This document shows positions 8,297-16,825 of a DNA stretch of 32,000 bases, piece by piece. The stretch lies in the NCBI GenBank assembly GCA_041649575.1, contig JBAZMW010000005.1, positions 30,001 to 62,000 of the forward strand, written 5' to 3'. The notes beneath the pieces were generated by a model that was not told the origin of the DNA, ran no database searches, and saw nothing but the letters and a program-made list of their open reading frames with translations. Position numbers and translations under genes: made by a program. The stretch comes from Patescibacteria group bacterium. Lineage in GTDB: Bacteria > Patescibacteriota > Patescibacteriia > 2-01-FULL-39-33. Numbering within the stretch: the stretch's first letter is position 1; each line of letters opens with the position of its first letter.

Positions 8297-10486
8297 ATGA
8301 ACAAAAAACTCATTTTAGTCATCGTCATTATTGTCATTGTTGCCGCCGCCGGAGTCGGGCTTTATTTTTTTCTGTCCAAAGGCCAGAAAGCGGAAGTGGC
8401 AAAGAGTGAATTTACCGACCCGCGTTACAGCACCGAGCCGACCGGCCTTGATTTTATTCAGAAAGATTTGGATGAGGGAAAAATCAACCTAGACACGGCG
8501 TTGATTTACAAAGTCAAATTTTTATTCAATGACCCAACTTTGCCCAAAGAATATGCCAGTGCTAATGGGCCATTTGAAGATGGTGGAACTTTCGGTGAAA
8601 TTACCGAAAACTGGGACAAACTAACTGCCGAAACTAAAAAGACTTTGGCGCCATATTTTCTCCGGCCCGATAATCCGGAAAGCGCCATGAGTAAAATCAT
8701 GAACGGCGAAATTCAGGCGCCTCAAACCGGCTGGCTAAAATTGATTAATCAGGCCAAGGCTTTTGATAGGCCGCTTTCCTATAAATCCGATGACACTTTG
8801 GTGACGGCTGACGGCAAGATCAAGGTTTGGTATCTGGAAAAAAAGGAAATGGTTAACGGCGAAGAAAAAATCACCAAACTTTATTATAATGTGGCTCAAA
8901 AAATTGTCTCAAACTTGAACACTGACGGCGCCTACGCTCAGTTCGTCGGACTACTGGGCAAGACTCCGCCATCAGACGGCACTTTGGGCGGCGACAATAA
9001 AACCGATATTTTTATCGCCACCGGCGCTCATGTTCATCTGGCTGATTCTAAAGGCGGCTCGCCTTCCCAGGGCGTGAATGTGCCGGATAATGGCACAGGC
9101 AAAAGCAGCTATATCATCCTGCGAGAAAATTTAAATGACAAATACTTGAGGACCACAACCGTTCATGAATTATTTCATGCTTTCCAGCGGGCGTTTGATT
9201 GCGTACTAACAGTTAAAAATTGGTGGTGGATTGAAGGCACGGCCACTTGGTCAGAAGATATGATTTATCCAAACGACAATACTGAACAAGGTTATCTTGA
9301 AAGTTATATTAAAAACCCGGAGTTAAGCTTATTTAGCAATGGTAAAAATTTTGAATATGGCGCTTATGTTTTCCCTTTTTTCTTGTCAAACACTTATGAC
9401 CGGATGATCGTCACCAAAATCTTTGAAGGCTGCACTGGCGGCAAAAATCCGCTGGCTTCGGTGGATAAAACCATTGATGGCGGCTTCAAAAAAAATTGGA
9501 AAGAATTTACCCTTTTAAATTTCAATAAAAAACCAGTGGAAAAATACAAGGATTTTGACAAAAGCAAAAAATTCCCCAAAGACTCTACTCAAAGCGGTGC
9601 TAATGCCGACATGGCATTTTTATCTCCGGGAGAAACTTCAGTCCCCAGTAAAGAGTTGCCGGCCTTGACTTCGCAAGTAATGGAAACTTATTTTGCGGAA
9701 AGAGCCGGAGTACGAAAAGCGGTCTTTAAAGATCTTAAAAATTTCACCGGCAAAAACCCAAACGCCGCGATTAAAGCCATAATTTATCCAAGAAACAACG
9801 GCCAACCCTACACTGAGGATTGGACCGAAAAAGAAAGCCGCAGCTTTTGTTTTGACAAAGCCGATGAGGATTTTGATAGAATTATTCTGATATTCAGTAA
9901 TGCCGACATGAAAAATAAAATAACCGAAAGCCAGATTAAGGTCAAAACCCAAGAATCGTGCTTTGAAATCAACCAAAGTGAAACCATGACTTCCAAACCG
10001 ATATTTAGTGTTAATCCCGAATATAGAGGCACGGTAAAATACCAGGCCGAGGGCGAATTGGTCAAAGATTCGGTGCCGGCTAATGCCAAATATGCCTATT
10101 TAGGCAAATGGAAAGTCAAAGTGATTTATCGCGAAGATTGGCCGGGCCAAACTGCAATGTTCATCACCTCAAGTGCAATGTATTTTTCTTATGATCATTA
10201 CCTGGAATTTGATTTAAGCGGGCAATCGGTCATGAAAGACGGCACGTTTGAAGCCGTGACCAAGGAAGGCAAATTTGAATCTCCGGGCTGGACGATTCAT
10301 AATGAAATTTCCGGTGACAGCGTCACTGTCCCGAAAAATGACACTTCTTGGGACGTGCCCAAAAAAGGCGTGATTTCGGAAATGACGGAAAACGGCGCAA
10401 AAATCAGTCTGCCCGATTTTGTCTTATACAACTCCGGCGGCTACCGCGAGTTGCCGCACCCGATTATTTTTGAGATCAAGAAATAA
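8297..10486 (+). CDS. membrane-anchored/secreted putative gluzincin-type zinc metallopeptidase, paralog of 4066-6348
   Basis: N-terminal TM/signal anchor LILVIVIIVIVAAAGVGLYFF. HELFH followed by WWIEGTATWSED. Shared N-terminal blocks with the 760-aa protein (LIYKV/IIYQV, LPKEY/LPQEF, WDKL..TKK.LAPYFL.PDNP). Confidence 0.75.
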   Translation: MNKKLILVIVIIVIVAAAGVGLYFFLSKGQKAEVAKSEFTDPRYSTEPTGLDFIQKDLDEGKINLDTALIYKVKFLFNDPTLPKEYASANGPFEDGGTFGEITENWDKLTAETKKTLAPYFLRPDNPESAMSKIMNGEIQAPQTGWLKLINQAKAFDRPLSYKSDDTLVTADGKIKVWYLEKKEMVNGEEKITKLYYNVAQKIVSNLNTDGAYAQFVGLLGKTPPSDGTLGGDNKTDIFIATGAHVHLADSKGGSPSQGVNVPDNGTGKSSYIILRENLNDKYLRTTTVHELFHAFQRAFDCVLTVKNWWWIEGTATWSEDMIYPNDNTEQGYLESYIKNPELSLFSNGKNFEYGAYVFPFFLSNTYDRMIVTKIFEGCTGGKNPLASVDKTIDGGFKKNWKEFTLLNFNKKPVEKYKDFDKSKKFPKDSTQSGANADMAFLSPGETSVPSKELPALTSQVMETYFAERAGVRKAVFKDLKNFTGKNPNAAIKAIIYPRNNGQPYTEDWTEKESRSFCFDKADEDFDRIILIFSNADMKNKITESQIKVKTQESCFEINQSETMTSKPIFSVNPEYRGTVKYQAEGELVKDSVPANAKYAYLGKWKVKVIYREDWPGQTAMFITSSAMYFSYDHYLEFDLSGQSVMKDGTFEAVTKEGKFESPGWTIHNEISGDSVTVPKNDTSWDVPKKGVISEMTENGAKISLPDFVLYNSGGYRELPHPIIFEIKK

Positions 10487-10500
10487 ATAAACCATTTTTT

Positions 10501-10707
10501 ATGCCGATTAAAATCGATTATCAAAAGTGTTGTTTTAAAGACGGCAAGTGTGTTTCTTGCTGTGGCAGCAGTTGCAGCGGCTGCGTGGAGGCTTGTCCTG
10601 GTGGCGCCTTGTCCAGGGGTAAGCTGGTGGAATATGCGGAAGATAAGTGCAATAATTGCGGCAGCTGTATCAGCGCCTGTAAATATCAAGCCATCACCTT
10701 TTGTTAA
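10501..10707 (+). CDS. small 4Fe-4S ferredoxin-type protein
   Basis: 68 aa with 15 Cys, including CSGCVEACP and CNNCGSCISAC cluster-binding motifs. Its stop lies 2 nt before the tsaD ATG. Confidence 0.6.
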   Translation: MPIKIDYQKCCFKDGKCVSCCGSSCSGCVEACPGGALSRGKLVEYAEDKCNNCGSCISACKYQAITFC

Positions 10708-10709
10708 TT

Positions 10710-11741
10710 ATGAAAATTTTAGCCATTGAGACCTCATGCGATGAGACATCAGCCAGTGTTTTGTCTGGCCAGAAAAACAAGCTGGAAATTTTATCTAATG
10801 TCGTTTCCTCGCAAATTGATATTCACAAAAAATATGGCGGCGTGGTACCGGAGGTGGCCGCGCGCCATCATGTGCAAAATATTTTGCCGGTGGTGGACGA
10901 GAGTTTGGCGTTAGCCAAAGCGGGGCCAAAAGAGATTGATCTACTGGTGACGACGGCCGGGCCGGGGCTGGTCACTTCTCTGATCATCGGTGTGGAAGCG
11001 GCCAAGACACTAAGCTTCGCTTGGCAGAAGCCGCTACTGGCTATTAATCATATGTACGGCCACATCGCCGGCAATTTTTTGAACGACAAAATAACTTTTC
11101 CGGCTGTTTGTCTGGTGGTTTCTGGCGGCCACACGGAGATCGTTTATTTAAAAAATTATTGGCAATTCAAAAAAATTGGTCAGACAGTCGACGACGCGGC
11201 CGGCGAGGCCTTTGACAAAGTGGCCAAGCTTTTGGGCCTGGGTTATCCCGGGGGGCCGATTGTTTCATCCAAGGCCGAGGAATTTAAAAACATTAACTTG
11301 CAGAGCAAACTAAAACTGCCGCGGCCGATGCTTAAAAGCGCGGATTTTAATTTTTCCTTTTCCGGGCTCAAGACGGCGGTTTTGTATTTGGTTCAGAAGA
11401 TGTCTGAAGCTGAAAAAAGGGAAAGAATTCCCGAGATTTGTTTTGAGTTTCAGCAGGCGGTGATTGATGTTTTGGTGACTAAGACCGTCAGAGCCGCCAG
11501 GGAATATAGGGTAAAAACGGTGATGCTGGCCGGCGGCGTGGCGGCTAATAAAAAATTAAGAGAAAGTTTGCGGCTGGCAGCCGAAAGAGGTGGCTATAAG
11601 TTTCTGGTGCCGGAATTTAAGTTGTGCACCGATAACGCGGCGATGGTCGCTTTGGCTGGTTATTATCTGGCGCGAAAGAAAAAGATTAAGCTGGATAATT
11701 GGAAAAGAGTTAAAGTCGATCCGAATTGGGAGTTGAAGTGA
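10710..11741 (+). CDS. tsaD: tRNA N6-adenosine threonylcarbamoyltransferase TsaD
   Basis: MKILAIETSCDETS N-terminus, HH..H metal motif region (AARHHVQNI, INHMYGHI), GGPxxS and GGVAANKKLR. The TTG at 10701 in the track is replaced by the ATG at 10710, which gives the canonical N-terminus. Confidence 0.93.
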   Translation: MKILAIETSCDETSASVLSGQKNKLEILSNVVSSQIDIHKKYGGVVPEVAARHHVQNILPVVDESLALAKAGPKEIDLLVTTAGPGLVTSLIIGVEAAKTLSFAWQKPLLAINHMYGHIAGNFLNDKITFPAVCLVVSGGHTEIVYLKNYWQFKKIGQTVDDAAGEAFDKVAKLLGLGYPGGPIVSSKAEEFKNINLQSKLKLPRPMLKSADFNFSFSGLKTAVLYLVQKMSEAEKRERIPEICFEFQQAVIDVLVTKTVRAAREYRVKTVMLAGGVAANKKLRESLRLAAERGGYKFLVPEFKLCTDNAAMVALAGYYLARKKKIKLDNWKRVKVDPNWELK

Positions 11742-11748
11742 TTTGTCA

Positions 11749-11797
11749 CTTTTCTTTTTTTAGAAAAAAGAAAAGCTGACGCAAAAGAAAAAAGCGC
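11749..11797. repeat. leader repeat, copy A (polypyrimidine/polypurine hairpin plus A-rich tail)
   Basis: CTTTTCTTTTTT-TAG-AAAAAAGAAAAG perfect 12-bp hairpin followed by CTGACGCAAAAGAAAAAAGCGC. It is about 85 percent identical by eye to 23220-23266. Confidence 0.6.
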
Positions 11798-11930
11798 GAG
11801 CTAGATGAAAATTTGGCGCTTTAAGGCAAAATTCTAACAAAATTTTTAAACTCCCCCGCCAAAGGCGGGGTCAAACAATAAAAATTTAGTAACGAATTTT
11901 ACCTTACGCTTATTCCAAATTTTCATAGGC
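11798..11930. mobile_element. MITE-like 133-bp long-hairpin insertion
   Basis: Imperfect terminal inverted repeats GAGCTAGATGAAAATTTGG...GGCAAAATTC / GAATTTTACC...CCAAATTTTCATAGGCTC around a central CCCCGCCAAAGGCGGGG hairpin. The flanks (AAAAAAGCGC | TCGCAG) are contiguous in the paralogous copy at 23257-23272. No coding capacity. Confidence 0.5.
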
Positions 11931-11958
11931 TCGCAGTGAAGAATCTTTAAAAAATGTT

Positions 11959-12429
11959 ATGAGGTTTATTTCCAAGTCCGAAAAAGAAACCTATAATCTT
12001 GCCAAAAAATTTGCCGCCAAGTTGAAAGGCGGAGAGGTCTTGTGTTTGATTGGCGATTTGGGTGCCGGCAAGACGGCTTTTACCAAAGGTCTGGCTAAGG
12101 GCTTGGGCGTAAAAGATATTATTACCAGCCCGACTTTTGTGTTGATGAAAAATTATCCAATAATCAATAACCGGAAACAGTCAGCCGCAAAAACGGTTGG
12201 CGGTAAAGGGTCAGCGGTAGACATGTTAGCGCATATTGACGCCTATCGTTTGGATAGCGGCGCGCAGTTGCAGTATATTGGCGTGGAGGAATATTTCAAG
12301 GATAAAAATTGCGTGACAGTGATAGAGTGGGCGGACCGGGTTCGTGACATTTGGCCCAAGAAGGTGATTAAAATTAAATTTAAGATTCTTAGCGAAAATA
12401 AAAGGGAAATAAAAATCACCACGGATTAA
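11959..12429 (+). CDS. tsaE: tRNA threonylcarbamoyladenosine biosynthesis ATPase TsaE
   Basis: GDLGAGKTAFTKGLAKGLG P-loop, SPTFVLMKNY, HIDAYRL and IEWADR blocks typical of TsaE/YjeE, with a small internal insertion. Confidence 0.85.
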   Translation: MRFISKSEKETYNLAKKFAAKLKGGEVLCLIGDLGAGKTAFTKGLAKGLGVKDIITSPTFVLMKNYPIINNRKQSAAKTVGGKGSAVDMLAHIDAYRLDSGAQLQYIGVEEYFKDKNCVTVIEWADRVRDIWPKKVIKIKFKILSENKREIKITTD

Positions 12430-12438
12430 TGTGGTGAT
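12415..12438. terminator. bidirectional terminator shared by convergent tsaE and the pilB-like gene
   Basis: ATCACCAC(12415-12422)/GTGGTGAT(12431-12438) 8-bp stem spanning the tsaE stop codon, with T-runs on both strands. Confidence 0.5.
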
Positions 12439-12457
12439 TTTAAAAATTTTTATATTT

Positions 12458-15400
12458 TTATTTAGCTACCCGAAAGACTTCTTCCACGGTCGTCTCGCCG
12501 TCGACGGCTTTGAGAATGCCATCTTGGAGGACCAGGATAGCGCCATTTTTGACCGCCGCTTTTTCGATGTCGGTATTGGTGACGTCTTCCAGCTGAATTA
12601 ATTTTTGCAACTCCGGCGTCATTTCCAAAACCTCATAAAGCCCGAGTCGGCCCTTGTAGCCGATATTGCCGCACTTAGAGCAACCCTTGGCCTGATAGAA
12701 TTCCAGCGGCTGGGGAATTTTTATGTTGGCTTTGGGGCTGATTTGGGAGAGGATTTCTTCTACCTCTTTGAGTACTGCCGGCTCCAGTTTGGTCTTGACT
12801 TTGCAATAGGGGCAGATTTTTCTAACCAATCTTTGGCCAATAGAGCATTCGATGGAATTGGCCAGCATCTGGCGGTCGATGCCCAGGCCGACAAAACGGG
12901 GAATGGCGCCGGCGGCGCTATTGGTATGAATGGTAGAGAGAACCAGGTGGCCGGTCATGGCCGCCTCAATAGCGACTTTGGCAGTCTCCGGATCGCGGAT
13001 TTCACCAATCATCATGATGTTGGGATTTTGCCGCAGGAGCGAACGCATGGCGCTGGCAAAAGTATAGCCCTGCTCGGTGTTTATCTGGGTCTGCATGATG
13101 CCCTCCAGGTGGTATTCGATCGGGTCTTCCACGGTAATAATTTTGATATCCGGACGGTTGAGTTTGTTTAAAATACTGTAGAGCGTGGTGGTTTTGCCGC
13201 TGCCAGTGGGGCCGGTGGTAATGATAATGCCCTTGGTTTTGGCCATGGATTTTTCCAATGAGGACAGGGAGTACGGCCGCATGCCCAAATCTTTAATATC
13301 CAAGGCGCTGGCCTGGCTGGAAAGCAGGCGGATAACCACGGTCTCGCCATAGCCGCCGGAAATAATGGAAACGCGAGAATCCATTTTGGCGTCTTTTAGA
13401 AAAATAGCAAAGCGCCCGTCCCAGGCGGCTTTTTTGACGTTGGTGGGGAAGCCGGCCAGGATTTTAATATTGGAGAGCAGCGGCAAATACTGTTCTTTGG
13501 GCAAGTCGACAATATCGTGCAAGATGCCATCGATGCGAAAACGAATTTTGACGTCGGTGTCGGTGGGCTCAATATGGATGTCGCCCGCCTCGCTCTTTAG
13601 AGCGGCGGCAATTACCAAATTGATCATCTCTTTGGTGGGGGTGTCGGCGATGGCTCTGGTGACACTGGTCAGATCTTTGGATAGTTCGGCGCCGCGGGCC
13701 AGTTCTGCCTCGCTGATTTTGATGCCACGGCCGATGGTTTGCGAGATAACAATATCGTACAAAGCGTCGACGTAATCTAGTTTGCCGATAACACGATAAA
13801 CTTCCTCTAGAGAAGTGATGCCGGACAGACATTTCAAGACGCCATCTTGCAGCATGGTGATCATGCCGCTCTCAATGGCCTGTTCCAGGATTTTGAAAGT
13901 GGGAGCGCCTTCGGAAGTCAGCTGCTTGATCTCTTCGTTCATGACAAAAATCTCATAAATGCCGACGCGGCCTTGGTAGCCGATACCGTTACAATAATCA
14001 CAGCCGTCAGGTTTGGCCTGGTAGACCCTGGACAAAACGGTGGGAATATCAACTCCTGATTTAGGGGAGATGACCGCCAAAATTTTTTCTACGGTTTCTT
14101 TTTCTGCTTCGCCAAGCTGATGCTCGATTTTGCACCGGGGGCAGAGTTTGCGCACCAGACGCTGGCCGATAATCGCATTAATAGAGGGAACAATAAAAAA
14201 AGGTTTGACGCCCATATCTACCAACCTGGGAATAACGCCGGCGGCATCATTGGTGTGGACGGTAGAGAGAACCAAGTGCCCGGTCAGACTGGATTGAATG
14301 GAGATTTCGGCGGTTTCCAAATCGCGGATTTCGCCAACCATAATAATATCGGGGTCTTGCCTTAGAACTGAACGCAAACCATTGGCAAAAGTATAACCTT
14401 TTTTAACATCGACTTGGCTCTGATTGATGCCTTTGAGCTGGTATTCGATGGGATCTTCCAGGGTAATTATTTTGACATCGGGCTGGTTGAGTTTGTTTAA
14501 GATGGCATAAAGCGTGGTGGTTTTGCCGCTGCCCGTGGGGCCGGCAGTCAGGAGCAGGCCGTTGGGCTTTTTAATTTCCTGTTCCAGGATTTTGTAGGCC
14601 TGGGGCATCAGCCCTAGATCCTCAAAGGACAGGACGACCGAAGCAGACTTTAAGAGGCGCATGACCACGCTCTCGCCGTAAGCGGTGGGCAGAAAAGAAC
14701 AGCGGACTTCGATTTTTTCTTTGGTCAGGAAGATGGAAAAACGGCCGTCCTGAGGCCTGCCCTCGATGTTGATTTTTACTTTGGCCATTATTTTCAGGCG
14801 GGAGATGATTTTTTTCCAATTCTCTTTGTTGACTGTCGCCGCTTCTTGCAAAACGCCATCGACTCGGAAGCGAACGGTCACGCCAAACTCCTCGGCTTCG
14901 ATGTGGATGTCGGAAGCGTCGATTTTGATGGCGGTGGCGACAATCAGAGTGACGGTATCGCTGATATTGACTTGATTGATTTTTTCGTTGAGTTCGCGGA
15001 AATCTTTCAGCTCATTCTCAAAACGCTCCAAGTCCGCTTGTTTTATTTCGATGCCGGGGACAAATTTTCTGATTTTTGGCAGAGAGTCGTAGAGCCTGAC
15101 GGCAGTTTCAAGGCTGTGTTGGGAAACCAGATAGGTAGAAACGTTGGTGTGGAATTTATCTCTCAACTCGTTTTCCAATTGTTTTATCTCGTCGTTGTAG
15201 CCGACGGCAGCCAGGCGAATATCCGAGCCATTGTTTAGAAAACAAACGACCTGCAGCTTGAGGCTGGTTTCTTTGGGCAGAGTGGTCAGGGTATCGGGAG
15301 AAATACCAAAGCCTATCAAATTAATGTAAGGCAGGCCGATGATGGCGGCTTTGTTTTCGACTTCCCGCTCTTTTTCTTTGAGAGTGATTTCCTGAATCTT

Positions 15401-15490
15401 TTTTTGCAACTGTCCTTGGGTGGAATCGTCGTCGCTAGCCGATGGTTGCTTACTGGGAAGCAGGTCTTCCAGTGAAGGGCCGATAGTCAT
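12458..15490 (-). CDS. tandem-fused double GspE/PilB-type secretion ATPase (type IV pilus assembly ATPase-like)
   Basis: 1010 aa with an N-terminal T2SSE_N-like region and then two complete ATPase units. Each unit has Walker A GPTGSGKTTTLY, Walker B (IMVGEIRD / MMIGEIRD), His box (GHLVLSTVHTN / GHLVLSTIHTN) and a tetracysteine motif (CPRCK...CDYCNGIGYQGR / CPYCK...CSKCGNIGYKGR). The DNA-level repeat is visible at 13188-13215 versus 14517-14545. Confidence 0.9.
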   Translation of the reverse strand: MTIGPSLEDLLPSKQPSASDDDSTQGQLQKKIQEITLKEKEREVENKAAIIGLPYINLIGFGISPDTLTTLPKETSLKLQVVCFLNNGSDIRLAAVGYNDEIKQLENELRDKFHTNVSTYLVSQHSLETAVRLYDSLPKIRKFVPGIEIKQADLERFENELKDFRELNEKINQVNISDTVTLIVATAIKIDASDIHIEAEEFGVTVRFRVDGVLQEAATVNKENWKKIISRLKIMAKVKINIEGRPQDGRFSIFLTKEKIEVRCSFLPTAYGESVVMRLLKSASVVLSFEDLGLMPQAYKILEQEIKKPNGLLLTAGPTGSGKTTTLYAILNKLNQPDVKIITLEDPIEYQLKGINQSQVDVKKGYTFANGLRSVLRQDPDIIMVGEIRDLETAEISIQSSLTGHLVLSTVHTNDAAGVIPRLVDMGVKPFFIVPSINAIIGQRLVRKLCPRCKIEHQLGEAEKETVEKILAVISPKSGVDIPTVLSRVYQAKPDGCDYCNGIGYQGRVGIYEIFVMNEEIKQLTSEGAPTFKILEQAIESGMITMLQDGVLKCLSGITSLEEVYRVIGKLDYVDALYDIVISQTIGRGIKISEAELARGAELSKDLTSVTRAIADTPTKEMINLVIAAALKSEAGDIHIEPTDTDVKIRFRIDGILHDIVDLPKEQYLPLLSNIKILAGFPTNVKKAAWDGRFAIFLKDAKMDSRVSIISGGYGETVVIRLLSSQASALDIKDLGMRPYSLSSLEKSMAKTKGIIITTGPTGSGKTTTLYSILNKLNRPDIKIITVEDPIEYHLEGIMQTQINTEQGYTFASAMRSLLRQNPNIMMIGEIRDPETAKVAIEAAMTGHLVLSTIHTNSAAGAIPRFVGLGIDRQMLANSIECSIGQRLVRKICPYCKVKTKLEPAVLKEVEEILSQISPKANIKIPQPLEFYQAKGCSKCGNIGYKGRLGLYEVLEMTPELQKLIQLEDVTNTDIEKAAVKNGAILVLQDGILKAVDGETTVEEVFRVAK

Positions 15491-15523
15491 GGGAAAAAGT
15501 TAAAGTTTATTGAAGCTACTATA

Positions 15524-15552
15524 ATTATAGTTTTTATGGAGGTTTATTTCAA
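15524..15552 (-). promoter_or_regulatory. candidate promoter of the double-ATPase gene
   Basis: Minus strand reads TTGAAA (15547-15552), 17 nt, TATAAT (15524-15529), about 34 nt upstream of the ATG. Confidence 0.45.
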
Positions 15553-15609
15553 GCAACAAAAACTCGCCGAACTGACAGGCGGGCCAAGTTCAGCGAGTTC
15601 TGTGATTGT

Positions 15610-16635
15610 TTATTTTTTCGAAAAGAGACTAGGCAGCTTGAGATTCTGCGAGCTGCGGATAATTCTGCTAAGGCCTTCGCCGGAGCTGAGGCGGTTGAAG
15701 AGCAGTGTCCAACTAGACCACTGAAAAGCGGAGAGGAAAGCAGTGATAAAAAAGGTAATGGCCAGCAGTAGCAGAAACAGGATCAGGCCGAAAATACCGG
15801 CCAGCCACAGGGGCGCCGCGTAGCCGTAGAAAACCAGGAACAAGAGGGCCAAAAACAGTTCGCCGATCAGCCCGGTAATGATAGCGGCCACCAGGTAAAT
15901 GATAAAGATTATCAGAGCCATTTCCAGCGATACCAGCCAGTTGGCCAAAAATAATTTTTTGGCGGAAAAAAAGGATTCGCCCAGGCGCTGTTTTTTAAGA
16001 ATTAAATAAAAAATTTGATAGCGTAACAGGAAAGAGACAGAAAAAATAATGATTATGAAAACAATAAACGACAGGTAATAGATTGTTCTGCCAAAAATTC
16101 CCTGGTCGGTCAGGGCCAGCAGCTCGGCGCCAAGAATCATAAAGAGCAGAAAGAGGACAACCTTAAGGATGAAATTAATCAAAAGTACCGGCCAGAATTT
16201 GCCCAGGGCAAAATCGATGCCTTCGTTGATGGTGGCAACTTTGTTCTTATTGGCCAGGTCGATGTTTCTGATCAGGCCGACTTGGGAGACAATGGCCAGC
16301 CAGATGATGAAGATAATAATAGCGACGGCGATGATGACAACCACAATGGCAAACAACAGTCCTTGCGGATAATGGATAATGGCCGACCAAATATTAAGCC
16401 AGAGATTGCCGCCGGCCTTAAGGCCATCGGCCAGGCCGTTTTGAAAACTGTTTAGCGTGTCAGCCAGGATACCGCGGCTGTTGAAAGGATTGATAAGGGC
16501 GCGGCCTAGAATTTCGTATTCGCCGCCAGTGCCCAACAGCGCGGCGAAGAGACCAAAAAACCACAGGCCTTTCTTTTTTCTGACTAATTGCCAAGATTTT
16601 TTCAGAATTGGCCGATAAAGAGCGGAGTCCTCCAT
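15610..16635 (-). CDS. polytopic integral membrane protein, unknown function
   Basis: 341 aa with about 7 long hydrophobic segments, an ATG start and backbone-type codon usage. No catalytic motif recognised. Confidence 0.7.
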   Translation of the reverse strand: MEDSALYRPILKKSWQLVRKKKGLWFFGLFAALLGTGGEYEILGRALINPFNSRGILADTLNSFQNGLADGLKAGGNLWLNIWSAIIHYPQGLLFAIVVVIIAVAIIIFIIWLAIVSQVGLIRNIDLANKNKVATINEGIDFALGKFWPVLLINFILKVVLFLLFMILGAELLALTDQGIFGRTIYYLSFIVFIIIIFSVSFLLRYQIFYLILKKQRLGESFFSAKKLFLANWLVSLEMALIIFIIYLVAAIITGLIGELFLALLFLVFYGYAAPLWLAGIFGLILFLLLLAITFFITAFLSAFQWSSWTLLFNRLSSGEGLSRIIRSSQNLKLPSLFSKK

Positions 16636-16764
16636 ATATTTTGATTTATTTTATAATTGTCGGTTATGATTATTATAACATAATTATAACACAAGATAAA
16701 AATAACTGAAACTCGTCGGCGAGAGTTGCCGGGTTTTGAAATTAATAAAATTTTCTGCTGATAT

Positions 16765-16796
16765 CAAAAAGTCAGCCCAAGCGGGCTGACTTTTTG
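16765..16796 (-). terminator. intrinsic (bidirectional) terminator after ftsH
   Basis: AGTCAGCCC(16770-16778)/GGGCTGACT(16783-16791) 9-bp stem with an AAGC loop, flanked by an A-run and a T-run. It lies 30 nt past the ftsH stop. Confidence 0.7.
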
Positions 16797-16825
16797 GCTA
16801 TTGATTTGGCAGGCGCTGGAAATTT

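Noticed and set aside
7998-8337. ORFs 7998-8243 (+) and 8143-8337 (-) as small proteins
   Set aside because: Both are read through the nested palindromic repeat. Their peptide sequences simply mirror the inverted-repeat arms, and neither has an SD or promoter.
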